A stretch of DNA of 63,142 nucleotides, the filler included, from Intoshia linei (lineage: Eukaryota > Animalia > Orthonectida): assembly GCA_001642005.1 (NCBI GenBank). It is 6 parts of 6 records of this genome, joined end to end, with 100 filler letters (N's around TTAATTAATTAA, not from the genome) between each part and the next. Parts side by side here need not be neighbours in the genome. Positions count along the whole stretch, not along the records: positions 1 to 20,504 come from LWCA01000682.1; 5 more parts are not named here. One strand, 5' to 3'. The stretch's first letter is position 1; every line of letters starts with the position of its first letter. A model generated the notes under the pieces. That model was not told the origin of the DNA. It saw nothing but the letters and a program-made list of their open reading frames with translations, and did no database searches. Below are positions 1-15,665 of this stretch, piece after piece. The position numbers and the translations under genes are program-made.

Positions 1-541
1 CTGGGGTTGAAATTTTGTATTTATATCAACTGGAATAAGTTCTATCAGAATAATTTTTTTTTAATTTTAGGAACATTAATTATTTCACATACTTTGTTTT
101 AATAAAATATTTCGGAAAAAAATATATGAATACTAAAATGCTTTTATGACTGTGAAGGAGTCACTTATTCAAATTTAAATTTTTTGTGTGTGTTAACAGG
201 ATACAACTGTACCACTTGTAAATTTTTTTGAATTTTAGGGCTGTTTTCATTAAATAAAAAGGGTAATTTGTAGTTTTGGTCCTGAAGATTCTTTTTTTTA
301 TATTTAAATTATGGATTCTGTATGAGAGTGTAAGTTTTTTTAAATTCATGAACTCGTTTGATTTTCAAAAAAAAGAATAATTGGGGTTTTTGAATCGTAA
401 GATGTGAGTTTCGGAGGTTGAAATTTATCTAACTTTCACCGGAAAAAATTGTTATAGAAATGTACACTTATAAAATTTTAAGACTCGTAATTATTTAAAT
501 AAACGATAACACACAAACAAAGCATTTTATATACGTAAGGA
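1..541 (-). mobile_element. Repeat family A, putative non-autonomous Helitron (runs off window start)
   Basis: Near-identical by eye to 35640-36218 and 57612-58213. Minus-strand end reads A|TCCTTACGTATATAAAA followed by a GTTTGTGTG tract. Confidence 0.65.
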
Positions 542-1007
542 TAATTTTTTATCAATCATATTATTAATCATATCATGTCTATATATAAACTTGATATTCC
601 TTGATTATTAATCAATTTTGATAATTTTTGGATACATTGAAATTATAAATATACATAAACATAAAAACTTATATAAATATAAAATGTTATATTGGATTTA
701 TAAAAAATGAATCTGTTTTATTTGCGAGTTAAAAAATTTTGATGTGCCCTAGGTTTATGTTAATGGTTAAATGGTTATGTAAATACTTGGTGTTTGTGAA
801 TAAGGCTAAAGGTTAACGATTATACTATACTGAATTTAGACTAAGTAAATACATTGATTGTATATATAAAGTAACATTCTTGTTATTGTCTTATAAATAA
901 AGGGAACTCTATAAATGACATGAATATTACCATTTATGATTATTTTTATAATTTGTAAATATATCTAATGAAATTGATACTGAATAATTTTTATTAATTT
1001 AGACGCA

Positions 1008-2189
1008 ATGGTTCAGTTAATGGTGAGTAGATCTTTAGATGATCTGCACAAGATACAAAATAAGAAAACTAAAAAAAAAAGAGAAAAAGGAAAAAAAATA
1101 TCCAATTACAAAATTGACGAAGAAAGTGAATGTTTTTCTGATGTAAATACAGTAGATGATGATAACTTATTAAAATTGCATTTTAAGGAAAATTCAATAT
1201 TGATAAAAAGAGACAAAATTTTAGCTGTTACAGATTATCTCACAGAAAGACATTGTATAGTAAAACCAATCGGAAATAATATATTGAAAAAAAAATGCAT
1301 TAAAAATGACAATTACGTGAAGCCAATAACCTCAAAAAAGAGTGTAAAATTTGCAGATGAATGTGGATTCACTCTTTCAACGTTACATATTTATGAAAAA
1401 CCTATTTACAACATTATAAAATCGATATTTTTAAGACCTGCCATATTTCAAGATTCTTATATCACTGACGATGAAGAGTCGATAGAAACTGTACCAGATC
1501 GAAAAGAAAATAATACTGAAAAAAATGCAAATTCTTTAGTTTACAAATTAACCAACACATCCGTATTTACTAGTTTTATTTTTAATTTCAAACCTCCAGT
1601 ATCAAATTATGCTACATTTAGAAAAAAATTATTTTGTTCAAATGTGTCGTTGGAAAACATTTTCTTTAACGAACATTATTTTTCTGGGACTGTTAAAGTG
1701 ATGAATATAGACTTTAAAAAATGTGTATCTATAATTTACACAGTTGATAATTGGAAAAATAATTTGGAAATACCTGCATATTATGTTTATCCAAGTGACT
1801 ATAATGACGAATCATTTCATGGACCAAGAAAAAATATGATAGATACATTTTCTTTTAGATTTTCAATCAAAGAAAATGAACCAATATTTTACCGTCATGC
1901 TCCACAGAATAATTTTAAATCTTTTGAAAATAACATCACATTTAATGTACATCGCACTGATATTATAGAAAGAGATTATAATAATATTGAGCAAGCTCTC
2001 ATGGAATCTATACAATTTTATCCTTCGTACAACCATGTCAATTTAACAAATTCCAAAACTTCAAATTCGGTCAGATTTATTTCTCTCGGATTTGCTATTA
2101 AATATACTTTACCTGACAAAAATTTAGAATTTTGGGACAATAATGACTGCAAAAATTACGCTGCTACTGGAATAACCCATCCAATGTAG
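1008..2189 (+). CDS. PPP1R3: PP1 glycogen-targeting regulatory subunit (PPP1R3 family, CBM21), paralog 1
   Basis: 393-aa single-exon ORF. RVxF motif KSVKFADECG; CBM21 motifs GTVKVMNIDFKKCVSIIYTVDNWKN, DTFSF and EFWDNNDCKNY. Confidence 0.92.
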   Translation: MVQLMVSRSLDDLHKIQNKKTKKKREKGKKISNYKIDEESECFSDVNTVDDDNLLKLHFKENSILIKRDKILAVTDYLTERHCIVKPIGNNILKKKCIKNDNYVKPITSKKSVKFADECGFTLSTLHIYEKPIYNIIKSIFLRPAIFQDSYITDDEESIETVPDRKENNTEKNANSLVYKLTNTSVFTSFIFNFKPPVSNYATFRKKLFCSNVSLENIFFNEHYFSGTVKVMNIDFKKCVSIIYTVDNWKNNLEIPAYYVYPSDYNDESFHGPRKNMIDTFSFRFSIKENEPIFYRHAPQNNFKSFENNITFNVHRTDIIERDYNNIEQALMESIQFYPSYNHVNLTNSKTSNSVRFISLGFAIKYTLPDKNLEFWDNNDCKNYAATGITHPM

Positions 2190-2272
2190 ATTTTAATAAT
2201 ATTAATAAAATGTGGATGTTTATGTATTTTTTATATTAACAGTGCGCGACATTTATTATGCTTGTAAATACA

Positions 2273-2400
2273 TCCTTACTTATATAATACGCGATTTTTG
2301 TTTGTGTGTGTGTGTTCCACTTTATTTAAATTATATATTATTATATTATTTACCTGTCTTAGAATTTTATAAAGTCCACATTTCAATTAAAGTTTTTTCG
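2273..2400 (+). mobile_element. Family A 5' fragment
   Basis: A|TCCTTACTTATATAATACGCGATTTTTGTTTGTGTGTGTG...AAAGTCCACATTTCAATT matches 53578 onward. Confidence 0.65.
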
Positions 2401-3744
2401 TGATAGACGTATTTTTCTGACCACTTTAAATAAAATGATAATATAGTTGAATTTGCTTGGCATATACAATTACAATATTTTCTGTTTAATGTTAAAATTT
2501 CTATATATGTATTCTATATATATATGTTATTATGAAAATATTTAGAAAATATTAGTGTTCACTGAACACTGTTCAGACAGTCAATGTTCGAATTATGGGA
2601 TGTTCAGAAAACTCATATCTGACTTCCAGCGAATAAATATAATTATGATGTATTCAAAGGTGAATTGGTCCTGAAAATTATCTTTTTTCAATTAACAAAT
2701 TCTCTTCTGATTCACTTATCTTGTATCATTTATTGTATGTATTACAATATCTTGTAAATAAAACTACTACGTTTTCAGAAATTGTTCCATTTTTAAATTT
2801 AATATTCATAAACATGTAATGATCATTTAGCAACATTTGGAATTCAAATAATTCTATTACAATACAATATTAAATATGTATAATTATAATATAATAGAGT
2901 CGGAACAATTAATTCATTAAATCAGTATAGACTGTTACTTTAGAGTTTGTCAAGCCTACCAACATATTGCTTGCCAATCTTGACCAGCTGGCATAATATT
3001 TGATAAATTTGTTTATCTATTATGCCTGAGACGTATAAACAAAATATAATTCTATCTTGCAATTCAATTTAATTCAAACAAGGTTTTTTATTATTATTAT
3101 ATATTAAAAGGTTTATCTGAGCGTAGAACATAAAAACTTTTTAAAACATTATCGTATTTTGAAAATAGAGTCAATATTTTCAAGTCAAAACCTGTTATTT
3201 GAATACATATCAGTGGACATCAAACTAGTTTCTTAATAATTTAGCCGTTGAAACTTTTTAAAATCTTATAAATGACCGTTCGTCACAAATAGATGAAATA
3301 TAAAAAAAATTCGCGGTAAATTGGAGAGGTCACTTACCTCTAGAAAATTATTTGCGAGTGCATTGAAACAAATAGGGATAATGCGTAGCATACAAAACAG
3401 TACCTTATTTAACGCGGCAATCCGTACTCAGAAAAGTATCTATTCAATTTCAGCGTTTTAGTAGGTTAATCTGTAGTTGCATTGGTTAAAATCTTTCTAC
3501 TGTTGTATTTGATAACAAATATATCACATGATACATTCGTGTCAATTTATTTTCTAAACAGCTAATTAAATCGAAATTTAACTTTTATTGACTTTGCGAC
3601 TCGTTAACACGATCGGTACATATATCTTGCATTCATTCCAATATTCTTTACCATTACATACAGGCCTTATTAAGTAAACTAACCTTGATATTTACAATAT
3701 TTAATTTCATATAACTTTTACAAATTTATATTTAGACTTTTATT

Positions 3745-4683
3745 ATGGTGCACTTGATAATTAGTAAATCTCTGGATGATTTGTACAATATACCAAAAAA
3801 CAAAAGTAGTAAAAAGAAATATGACAGTTTAGACAGAAAATCGGAAAAAAAATGTACAAATATATTGAAGACTGAAACGATAAAATTTTTAAACAAAGTA
3901 AATAAGAAAAGGAACCAAAATTCAAAAAAAATTGTCAGATTTGCCGATGAATGTGGAAAAACCCTTACAACATATCATTTATATGAAAAACCAATTTACA
4001 AAAACTTGATTAAAACAATTTCATTTTGCTCTTCCATACAGAATATATTACCAGAAAGCAACCAGTCTGAAGAAATAAAATGCACCACAATTAAACAAAT
4101 AACAATCAAAAGTATTAACATGTTGACATTTAACAACTTTTTATTCCATTTCAAAATGCCCAGTAGCAGTTATGCTCAATTTAGAAATAGGGTTCATTTG
4201 CTCCAAGTGTCTTTGGAAAATATATACTTTAACGAAAATATTTTTGTTGGGACTGTAAAAGTTGTCAATATTGCATATGTTAAAGAAGTGTCAATAATCT
4301 ATACTGTGGATAACTGGGAGACAGTATCAGAACAACAAGCGCAATACGTCCATTCAAGTGAAAACTATACAAATAAAAACCAAATGGATACGTTTTCTTT
4401 CAAGTTCGCTGTAGAAAAACCTGACACAACTAAAAATGAACGCGTGTTCAACTTAACTCAAATCAACATTATTCATAAAGATAACATAGAAGCAGTTTTA
4501 GAATCTAGACAATATTTCTCACAAAATGGAAAACCTTTCAATTCAAAAAATGTCACTTTCCATAAAAACATGTCTCTCAAATTCGCAATACGATACAGAC
4601 TACCAACAAAGCAAGTCGAGTATTGGGACAACAACGAAGGCAGAAACTATACAGCCACAGGAATAACATACAGTTGTCAATAA
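3745..4683 (+). CDS. PPP1R3: PP1 glycogen-targeting regulatory subunit (PPP1R3 family, CBM21), paralog 2
   Basis: 312-aa ORF with KIVRFADECG, GTVKVVNIAYVKEVSIIYTVDNW and EYWDNNEGRNY. N-terminus (MVxLxxSxSLDDL) and C-terminus (ATGIT) are shared with paralog 1. Confidence 0.92.
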   Translation: MVHLIISKSLDDLYNIPKNKSSKKKYDSLDRKSEKKCTNILKTETIKFLNKVNKKRNQNSKKIVRFADECGKTLTTYHLYEKPIYKNLIKTISFCSSIQNILPESNQSEEIKCTTIKQITIKSINMLTFNNFLFHFKMPSSSYAQFRNRVHLLQVSLENIYFNENIFVGTVKVVNIAYVKEVSIIYTVDNWETVSEQQAQYVHSSENYTNKNQMDTFSFKFAVEKPDTTKNERVFNLTQINIIHKDNIEAVLESRQYFSQNGKPFNSKNVTFHKNMSLKFAIRYRLPTKQVEYWDNNEGRNYTATGITYSCQ

Positions 4684-4758
4684 TTTATAAATAAATGTAA
4701 TTTACCAAGATATAATTTTAATTATTAGTTACAAAATTTTAGGTACATTGTGAAATCT

Positions 4759-7215
<2,457 letters not shown>

Positions 7216-10200
7216 GGAGTAAAAATATTAGTATAATTTCATGACAATTGAACTCACGTCAAATAAACTTTAGTCAAACAAAAAATTGTAAATAATATTT
7301 CGATATTTTATATAATTGAAAAACAAACATTAAGTTAATTATTAAAAACACTGAGCCAAATGCGAAATACGTAATAAAAATGAAAAATACCATGTTTTTG
7401 TCTCTAGAGCATAAATGTAATGAAAATATTTCAAATTAATGTAAATGATATTGAGAAATATTTAAGTCAGCTATTAGTTTAATCAAGATAAGTGGAATTA
7501 ATCATACATAGGCTCCAGTCTATAAGGAAGCAGCTTAGATATAAATTAAACGTCAACAAAACAATAATTGAAATAAATGATTAATCAATTTTCGCATACA
7601 ATATATCTCAGTAACAGCAAAATGTCAAGTGATTAAACCGTAATTTACTGTATGCTTAAATCTGCAACTTCACTTTGAATAATTTTCTCATATTACTAGG
7701 CCAAACCAATTAGAGCTAATGATTATCGAATGCACAATCTCCAGTATATTATGACAATGTTTTATTTTAATTTCCTATTTAGTTAAACACTCGTGTGCAA
7801 ACCAATAAATCGTTAGTCTTAAAATTTAATTACATTACCAAGAGATAATTTCATTTATTTACAATGCAATACTTAAATTTGTGAATCGATTTCAAATAGT
7901 GTCATGCATTATGGATTATTTTTAATTCTATCAATTAATATCCGTCAACTGAAATGCAAACCATCAAATAGCACTTTTAGTTTCTAATTTCATGTAACTG
8001 ATAAAACACTCTAGGCCCAAAAAATTAATTAAACCATTGAATATTTCAAATTAACATTATAAAAAAGGAGACGTACATATATAGCTAAATTATGCCAGTA
8101 GCAAATTCAGTTTACAAGATTTTAATAAAATTAAAAATGTTCATCCTGTGAGTCAAACTTGAATTAAAATTATTGATTATACAATCTAATATTATGATAC
8201 AATTGACAAATATATCCAACTGCGACCCTCAATGCGAAAATATGACACGTTAATTTATTCAATATACAAACGGTGTTTAGAATTCAAAGTAAAATGTATA
8301 ATTATAATAAAATATCTCGAGTAGAGCAATATCATTTCAAGGAAATCAACCGTTAAAATACTTATCATAATTGTTAATTAGTTTTAAATTTTTTACCATT
8401 GTGACAAGTTTATATCTTAATTTCTATTCATCAATAAGAAAATTAACGAGTACAATCTACGATGTGGATTCTACATCTTTATTTACGTAAATTAAAAATT
8501 TCAAAAAATAAAACCAAAACCAAATTAAAATGGTAATGAAAAGTGTCAAAAAATAGATAATCAATTATAAGACAAGATATACAATGAGGACATCATAATG
8601 TAACATTGAATATACGAAATTGTGAAAATCCATTCAAAATGTGAATTGTTTAAACAGTACAGTATCTGAAGAAATGACACTAAAAGTAAACTTGATAACT
8701 ATTTTTAACAATTAATTTAATCCATTTAAAAAATGAATGCGTAATTGATAAATACTCTACTAATTCAATACTAATGTAGGCATAAATCAATAGTTTAAAT
8801 TAATGTCTCACGGAAATACAATAAAACTGGTTAATTTGTAAGTTTATCAATATTTTAATATTGATTTTTTCATTTCGTTTTGTTAGGAAAGCATAAAATG
8901 TAAGAAACAAAATGAAATTTATTAAAATAAAAAACCTAAACAATTAAAATTTACCTTGAGAAAATCGATAAACCAAAAAAATAAAAATATTGTCTGTGAT
9001 TTTTTGCGCGCAATTTTGTTTCATTAGTAATTAAATAACTTAAATTGGCGGTAATTTGATTAATCATGAAACAGGCAATTTGCACAAAATTTATTTTCGT
9101 TCAGTCAATTTTACAAATTCAAGAATCTTAACACAAAACCGAACTTGAATCAATCTTATAAATGGTAAAGTTTAAAATAAAATTACCTGTCTGTTATACA
9201 TTCTATTTGGTTTATATTCTTGAGCTTTTAGTCTTTATATTTCAATCTCCAGATGTAAAATACACAATTTATATGGACAGTTTAAAATATTTTAAAATGA
9301 TGTTAAAATTTGTAGTTTGTTACAACTTTGAATATTGAGCGACGATTGATGTGTCTGAGTGATGTAGTATTGTAGTTGTACACAATTTTCAACTTGTACT
9401 TGTTATCATCACTAGAGATTTGAAATATTTATGACTTTATAAGCCTTATGTTATTATTAAGTGTAATAGAGTTATGATGATATTATTAAATTTAATCTAA
9501 GCCTTAAGCTAGTATAGTAGTGTTTTATTTAAATGACAATAGACACAAGATTTATTATGTATTCAATAACAAATAAATTATTAACAGTAATGCTATATTT
9601 TGTTTGATATCCAAAATCCTTTTATTTGGCTGTATAATTTACATTTCAGTTAATTTAGTCATTTAACTACCATTTAACAATAATCCTTCCATGATATAAA
9701 TTCAACTAGCTACTAAATAAACTAACCCAAAATATTTATTGAATCATATTGATTGTTTTGTATAGGCTACATTCAAGCTTGAATGCAAGTCAAATGGATT
9801 ACATTTAATTTAATTTAATTTGCATAATTTTCACCATCACTATAACTTAGAGCTATCTTTTTTATTGTTTTATTTCAATGTTAAAATTGAATGCATGACA
9901 TTTAATTTTTCACAAAAGCGTATTTCATCGACAATCTCGATTCGAGATATGTATATTTTTGTACAACTCAGTTCAATGCACTTGATAATCAATTTTACAC
10001 GCTTCATTTCAAGCGAACATTACTTGTTTAGTGTTATTAATACAATACCACGTACTTTTGTGTAATGGTTTAATAATTAGATGACTCCAAAATGTAATAT
10101 TTAAAAAACAATTTGTATTTTAAAATGTTTCTCAGAACATGTAAAATCTGTCAATATTTTAAAATCGACTATTGCATATTGATTTGATCATTTTAATGTT

Positions 10201-12404
10201 GATATGTTAAATCCAACAGGTCGTCAATAAATCATAACATTGCATTAAAATATTTAATTATTGGTTTGGTATATTTCTTACATGTCTGTGTTTCATTTAA
10301 GGTTGCCATTGGCACGGGGTTTTTTATATTTAGTGTCAAAAATTATGTTTTAATTTGAAATTTTTTAGAAAAAGCTTCTACTAATTTTCAATATAATTAT
10401 AGATTGTACTACATAAATCACTATTTAAATTACATACTACGTGTATAATTTTCAAAATTAAATTTACCCTGAGGAACATTTATTTTTTTATAAAAGAAAA
10501 CATAATTAGTTTCAATGAAAAATTGATTTATATTAACAACTTGCAAATACATGTATAGCGTTTTATTTAATTATCAAATTAATTATTTTGTGTTAATTAC
10601 ACACCAACAAAAGCTTTTATGTTGACAAATTTTGACTACTTGTGAGTATTTCATGCTTCAACAGTAATCAATGATTAATAATCATTTCTTTAACTATTAT
10701 AATAGTTTATTCATCTGTATTAATTATACGCCTCAATTGAACTCTCACGTGCTAGCTTATTTACGTAAATGTTCGAAACACGGACCAATTATTATTTTAA
10801 TTGATTATATATGATAACTGCTGTAAATAGATTCATAGTTGGTTTAATTTTAAAAACCAATGAATGAGTTGTATAATTATAATTAATCATTCACGGAACA
10901 ATGCTTTTAATTACTTTACACGTAAGGACATAAAGACTAACAATTATTTATTAAATGCCATACAATTAGAAAATATCTGTATTGTAGTATCGACTTTATA
11001 TTTATTTATATATACTGGTATGTTATTTTTGTTTATACATTTGTGATTTGTAAAAATTGTCACAAATGAATGCCTTTAATACCAGATAACTTTTGTATTT
11101 TTTACTTATTCTTAAGTAGTCTCAAGGGGTTATATTTACTTGATAGAAAAATGTGTTTATTGTTAATTTAAATGCGAAAGCTATTCTCTAATATTCATTA
11201 ATTCGTTAAACTAATTAATGAATAACCTTTTAATGTCTTTCTAAACTACTTGACAATTGAGATGTATATTTATTGAATAGGAAGTACCAACTTTTCATAT
11301 GCATTATAATGAATCAACAATATAGGACATCCCGATAATTTTGTCGGTACATAGTATGTACCGTGTAGTACAGGCATTCCCAACCTTATTGACCACGCCC
11401 CCTGAAAAATGTGACGAAGTTATATGAGCAATGTGCAGATCCAAATCTATGATAACATTTCTACTTCCATAAAACTCTTTGTTTGTCTGTCTGTATTATC
11501 ATTTATTTAAGTAACTAAAAGTCTTAGAATTTTAAAAATTCCCGGGTTTGGATTAAGTGAGGTTTTTAAAAAAATGTTGAAAAAAGGGGAGTTTTCCCTT
11601 AAGGATTGGTAAAATTGGATTTTTTATTTTGGGGTTGCATTAAGAGAATTTTTTAAAAACATCGTATAAAAAAGTGGATTTTTCTATAAGACTTTGAATT
11701 GTAAAGTTTGAAATAGTATTTTTTATTACCTAATAATTGTAAATATTATTAAATTTTATTAATGTTACCGTGAAATTATTCATTCCAATAATTCCATTTT
11801 ACTAACAGAAAACTCCCCTTTTCCCAATATTTTTTGAAAAACCCGATTTTACCAACCCCTAAGTCAGTGGTTCTTAACTGGGGTGCATAGAGCTATTTTC
11901 AGTTTTTTTTAATTATGGTACTAAATGAGTGAAATTACATACAGTGGAATCTCGATTATACATACATCAAATATTTAAGTTTTAAAATAAAATTTTATCA
12001 TTATTTAGTATAAAATAATCTATTAAAAATACTAATTCTTATTTCAACAGAATTATCTAAACTTGAATGTAATATGAAGTTTTGTTATCTATAATGTAGA
12101 TATTATAGATTCTATATGTAATAAAGTTAAATTTACAATTTTGCTATATGTATGATCGAGATTTTGCTATAATTGATATTTTTTATTATCAACAAATAGA
12201 TTATATATAAGACATTACATTTAAGTCTTGAATTAAAACTTTCTATGTTGAATATTTAAAATTAATTTCTATTATTTAGATGTTTACAGATTATATAATT
12301 TGCAAAAAAAATCTACTTGAGGAAACTACTATGTTTAATTAATTAATTTCTTATTTAATATTAAAATTTTACATTTACAGTATTACTTATAATTTATATT
12401 GATA

Positions 12405-12500
12405 GATTTTATTTTAAATTAATTTTGTGATAGAATTAAAGATGTCCGCCCTCGGTAGAGCTAGGTACTGTTTGTACGAAGTACATAAAAATCAATCTAA
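12405..12500 (-). repeat. Repeat family E (short dispersed element; other copies near 19822, 31024, 38280 on +)
   Basis: Shared motif TAG(C/G/A)TTGA...TATGTACTTCGTA(C/A)AAACAG...CTCT(A/G)CCGAGG. Confidence 0.6.
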
Positions 12501-12612
12501 TAAATAAAAAGTAATGAATCAATGATTGACTCATTCAAACGACAGAATTTATTTATCCATTTTAGTTGCTAATCATATTTGTCACAAAAACCATCATCAT
12601 AGAAATGAAAAT

Positions 12613-14833
12613 ATGAGTTTGAAATTATTATTACAAAAATTATCAATAGGAATATCGGCATTAGCTTACATATGCGGTATAATTGCATTTTTCACTGGTT
12701 ACTGGCTTGTTGGTACACAATCAAATGATTTATTTAATAGAGTTGGCCTTTGGGAACTATGTTTTAATCATTTTGAATATCCTACCGATTATATTGGACA
12801 TGCTTATAATGATTGTTATTACATTTTTCTCAAAGAATATTCCTACATTATTGACTGGATCATTCCAAGTAATTATATAATACAAATTTGAGATTTTATA
12901 TATATATAAATATGCATATATTAACCGTTCCCAAACTTTGAAACGTACTGATCTGTGAAAGATTTCATAATCAAAGTTATACAAAAAATATTGACAAAAT
13001 AGATGGGCATCACGGACTTGTTTTTATTAGCATGAAATTTGTGAAAGGATTTATTTTCATTTGAAAAAGGGACGATATATATTATTTTATTATAATTTTA
13101 AATCCCCTTAAGGCTTAAAAATTAAGTAAAGTTGATTGATTTTTTTACATTTCACGAGAATTGTCCGGGTTTGCCATTATAATGCTGACATTTGACAGGT
13201 ACTCAGTTTGTAAACGCTGGTATCTAGTATATATTGTTTTAAATTTAAATTTAGACTGGCTCATGATAACTGAAATTTTTATGGTTATTTATATCATATT
13301 TGCCTTTTCAGCACTCGTGTACAACATTTGTATTTATATGAAACATAAATTCACCAGAAGTCTACGAATTATCATTTTAAGTTGCGTTTCAAATTTTTTC
13401 GTTTGTAAGTTTTTAATATTTATTTATCTACAGGATTGCTATCAAAAGTTACCTTTTTTCGGAGGGGTTTCAAATAATGATATGAGAAATTTACATTATA
13501 ATAGTAATACAAGTAGTTTATATTCTTATGACCAATATACCTTATTTAATAATGATTGATGGATAAAAAATAATATTGTCTATTGATTATTTCATTACAT
13601 GAGTAAATTTTCAGTGGATAACAGTATAATTTTACAAGTTGATTATAAATCAGTGGTTCTCGATTCAAATAATTTTTCACCATTTTTCAAATATTTATTT
13701 TTTTGAACCACAAAGGAAACATGAAATATATAAAATTTATGAAAAAATTAAAGGTTTTTCTCATAATATTTGGTAAAATCGTGTTTTTCAAAAAAATATT
13801 GGAAAAAGGTGATTTTTCCTTTAATTTAGGTTGGTAAAATTGATTTTTTATTTTGGGTTGAGAAGTTGTTGCTCATAGGATTTGGTAAAATCGGATTTTT
13901 CCTTGAGGGTTTTAAATGGTATTTTTTATTAAATTTTATTACTAATGGGATTTTTAAATAATAATGCAGCGGTTGTCTAAGCTTTATGGTAAATTCACGA
14001 CATCTGGCAACTAATAAATATTAAAAATTCTACATTAAAAAAAGTTTATAAATTATTTTTATATTATATTTGAATCTCACGGACCCAAGGCATATAGCTT
14101 TGAACCACCAGGGGACCCAGGGACCCAAATCGGGAACCACTGTTATAAATCGAAATAAATTTTTTTACTTATTATTTATATATATATAATTTTTATTACA
14201 ATTTACTTAATTTTTTATTTATTTAAATACGTAAGTAATGAAGTTTTTAAATATTTATATTGTAAATTTTGTTTTAGAATGTTTCATTTCAAACAGTTAA
14301 CTATCTTTAATTATTAATATTAACATTTAATTTCCAGCCCTTAAATTAATGAAAAATAAATCATTAAAATTCTTTTTCATTTTTTGATGGGCTCTCCTCG
14401 TCATTTTCATCTATGTCTGCAAGATTTTAGATAATAATTATTGTAATATTTAATAATCTATACAATATTATATGTATAATATACGAATTGGCCATATATT
14501 AATTGTATTTTGATTTTTACATGAAAATAATAAAAACTACACATTTTTGAGAGCGATCACTATTTAATGTTCATAGTCCAGGTTTTGAATACATTATTCA
14601 TTTTAGTTACATTTATATTTTTGGCTATTTCCATTTTCGGACCACAAGTTGATATTGATCGAACATGGATGCCGATGTACAATAAGACTCAACTTGGATG
14701 GTCTTATTATATGGCCATTATTTCAACTATTTTATCGTTTGTTGCATTTGTACTCAACATTTTTATGTTCGTACTTCACATTTATGAAATTGAATACGAA
14801 GACAGGCTTTTGACAGATATTGATGTAAAATAA
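12613..14833 (+). CDS. Invertebrate claudin / PMP22-claudin family tetraspan protein. Exons 12613-12868, 13255-13404, 14607-14833
   Basis: W...GLWELC...C loop signature, four hydrophobic segments and DRTWMP...LGWSY as in invertebrate claudins. Splice phases are consistent. Confidence 0.88.
13651..14142. mobile_element. Complete hAT (Buster/Charlie-like) MITE in claudin intron 2
   Basis: TIRs CAGTGGTTCTCGATT / AATCGGGAACCACTG (14 of 15 match); perfect 8-bp TSD TTATAAAT on both sides. Confidence 0.9.
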
Positions 14834-15504
14834 ATTTTTATTAATGATTATTCAGTTTTCTTATTTATGTAATCTAATTTTGGTTCACCTCACATATTGT
14901 TCCGTGTTTTTTACCATTAAAATAGTAACTGAAAAGCTTTTAGCTGGATTGGTATGGTTTTATAAAATTGAAAACATCGGACAAACGTTTTTAAGATGGG
15001 ATTTCACGAGAAAAGTTAAATGCAGGTAATTCATGTATATTATATTTTTACCGTCGAACCGTCATTATCAAGCGATCGATCCAACAATCGTAAATCATTA
15101 TTAAATTCTTGTTCTATTCGAATCTACTTAATTGTAATTCCATCTCGACTAACCATAGACAGCAGAACCACCTTCGTAGCCTCGCTGAAATTTTTGTAAA
15201 ATTGGGTGGGTTATCTTAAAAATTCTTCAATATCATACCTATGAGTGATAAATTTAAAATTTCGAATTAAGACACTTGGAGACGTGACTAGGACTATGAC
15301 ACTACATGTCTTTGGGGAAAAATTTTTAGGACAATTTTTCATTTTCGGGTGGCATCGAACTTGGTGGATTTAGATCTTCCCATAGACACAACTAATACTG
15401 GCAATCTATAAAACTGTTTCGATTAATATTAATATTACTGTAGTTATGTAAATAAATATTTTCTATCACTTAATTTATTAGACTCTAATAAATTAAAAAC
15501 TGAA

Positions 15505-15544
15505 CCCTCGGCAAAGCGGAAGCTTCACATAACAGTGAAGCTAG
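15505..15544 (+). mobile_element. Helitron-like 3' terminus
   Basis: Hairpin AGCTTCAC-N6-GTGAAGCT overlapping CTAG|T. Confidence 0.45.
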
Positions 15545-15665
15545 TTTTATTATAATAAATATTAACAACATACTGTATGTGATTACTTGTGTATGTGTTA
15601 TTTTGTTATTCTAAATAATTTAAATAAACAGTCGTAAATAACGAATCATAAACATTAATAAATAA

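Noticed and set aside
161-349. Short ORFs at 161-349, 2212-2403, 28369-28554, 35401-35634 and 45201-45392
   Set aside because: All lie inside non-coding repeat families.
9130-9150. CCGAACTTG similarity to the 3' half of miR-100
   Set aside because: No seed match, and it would fall on the wrong arm of a weak stem.
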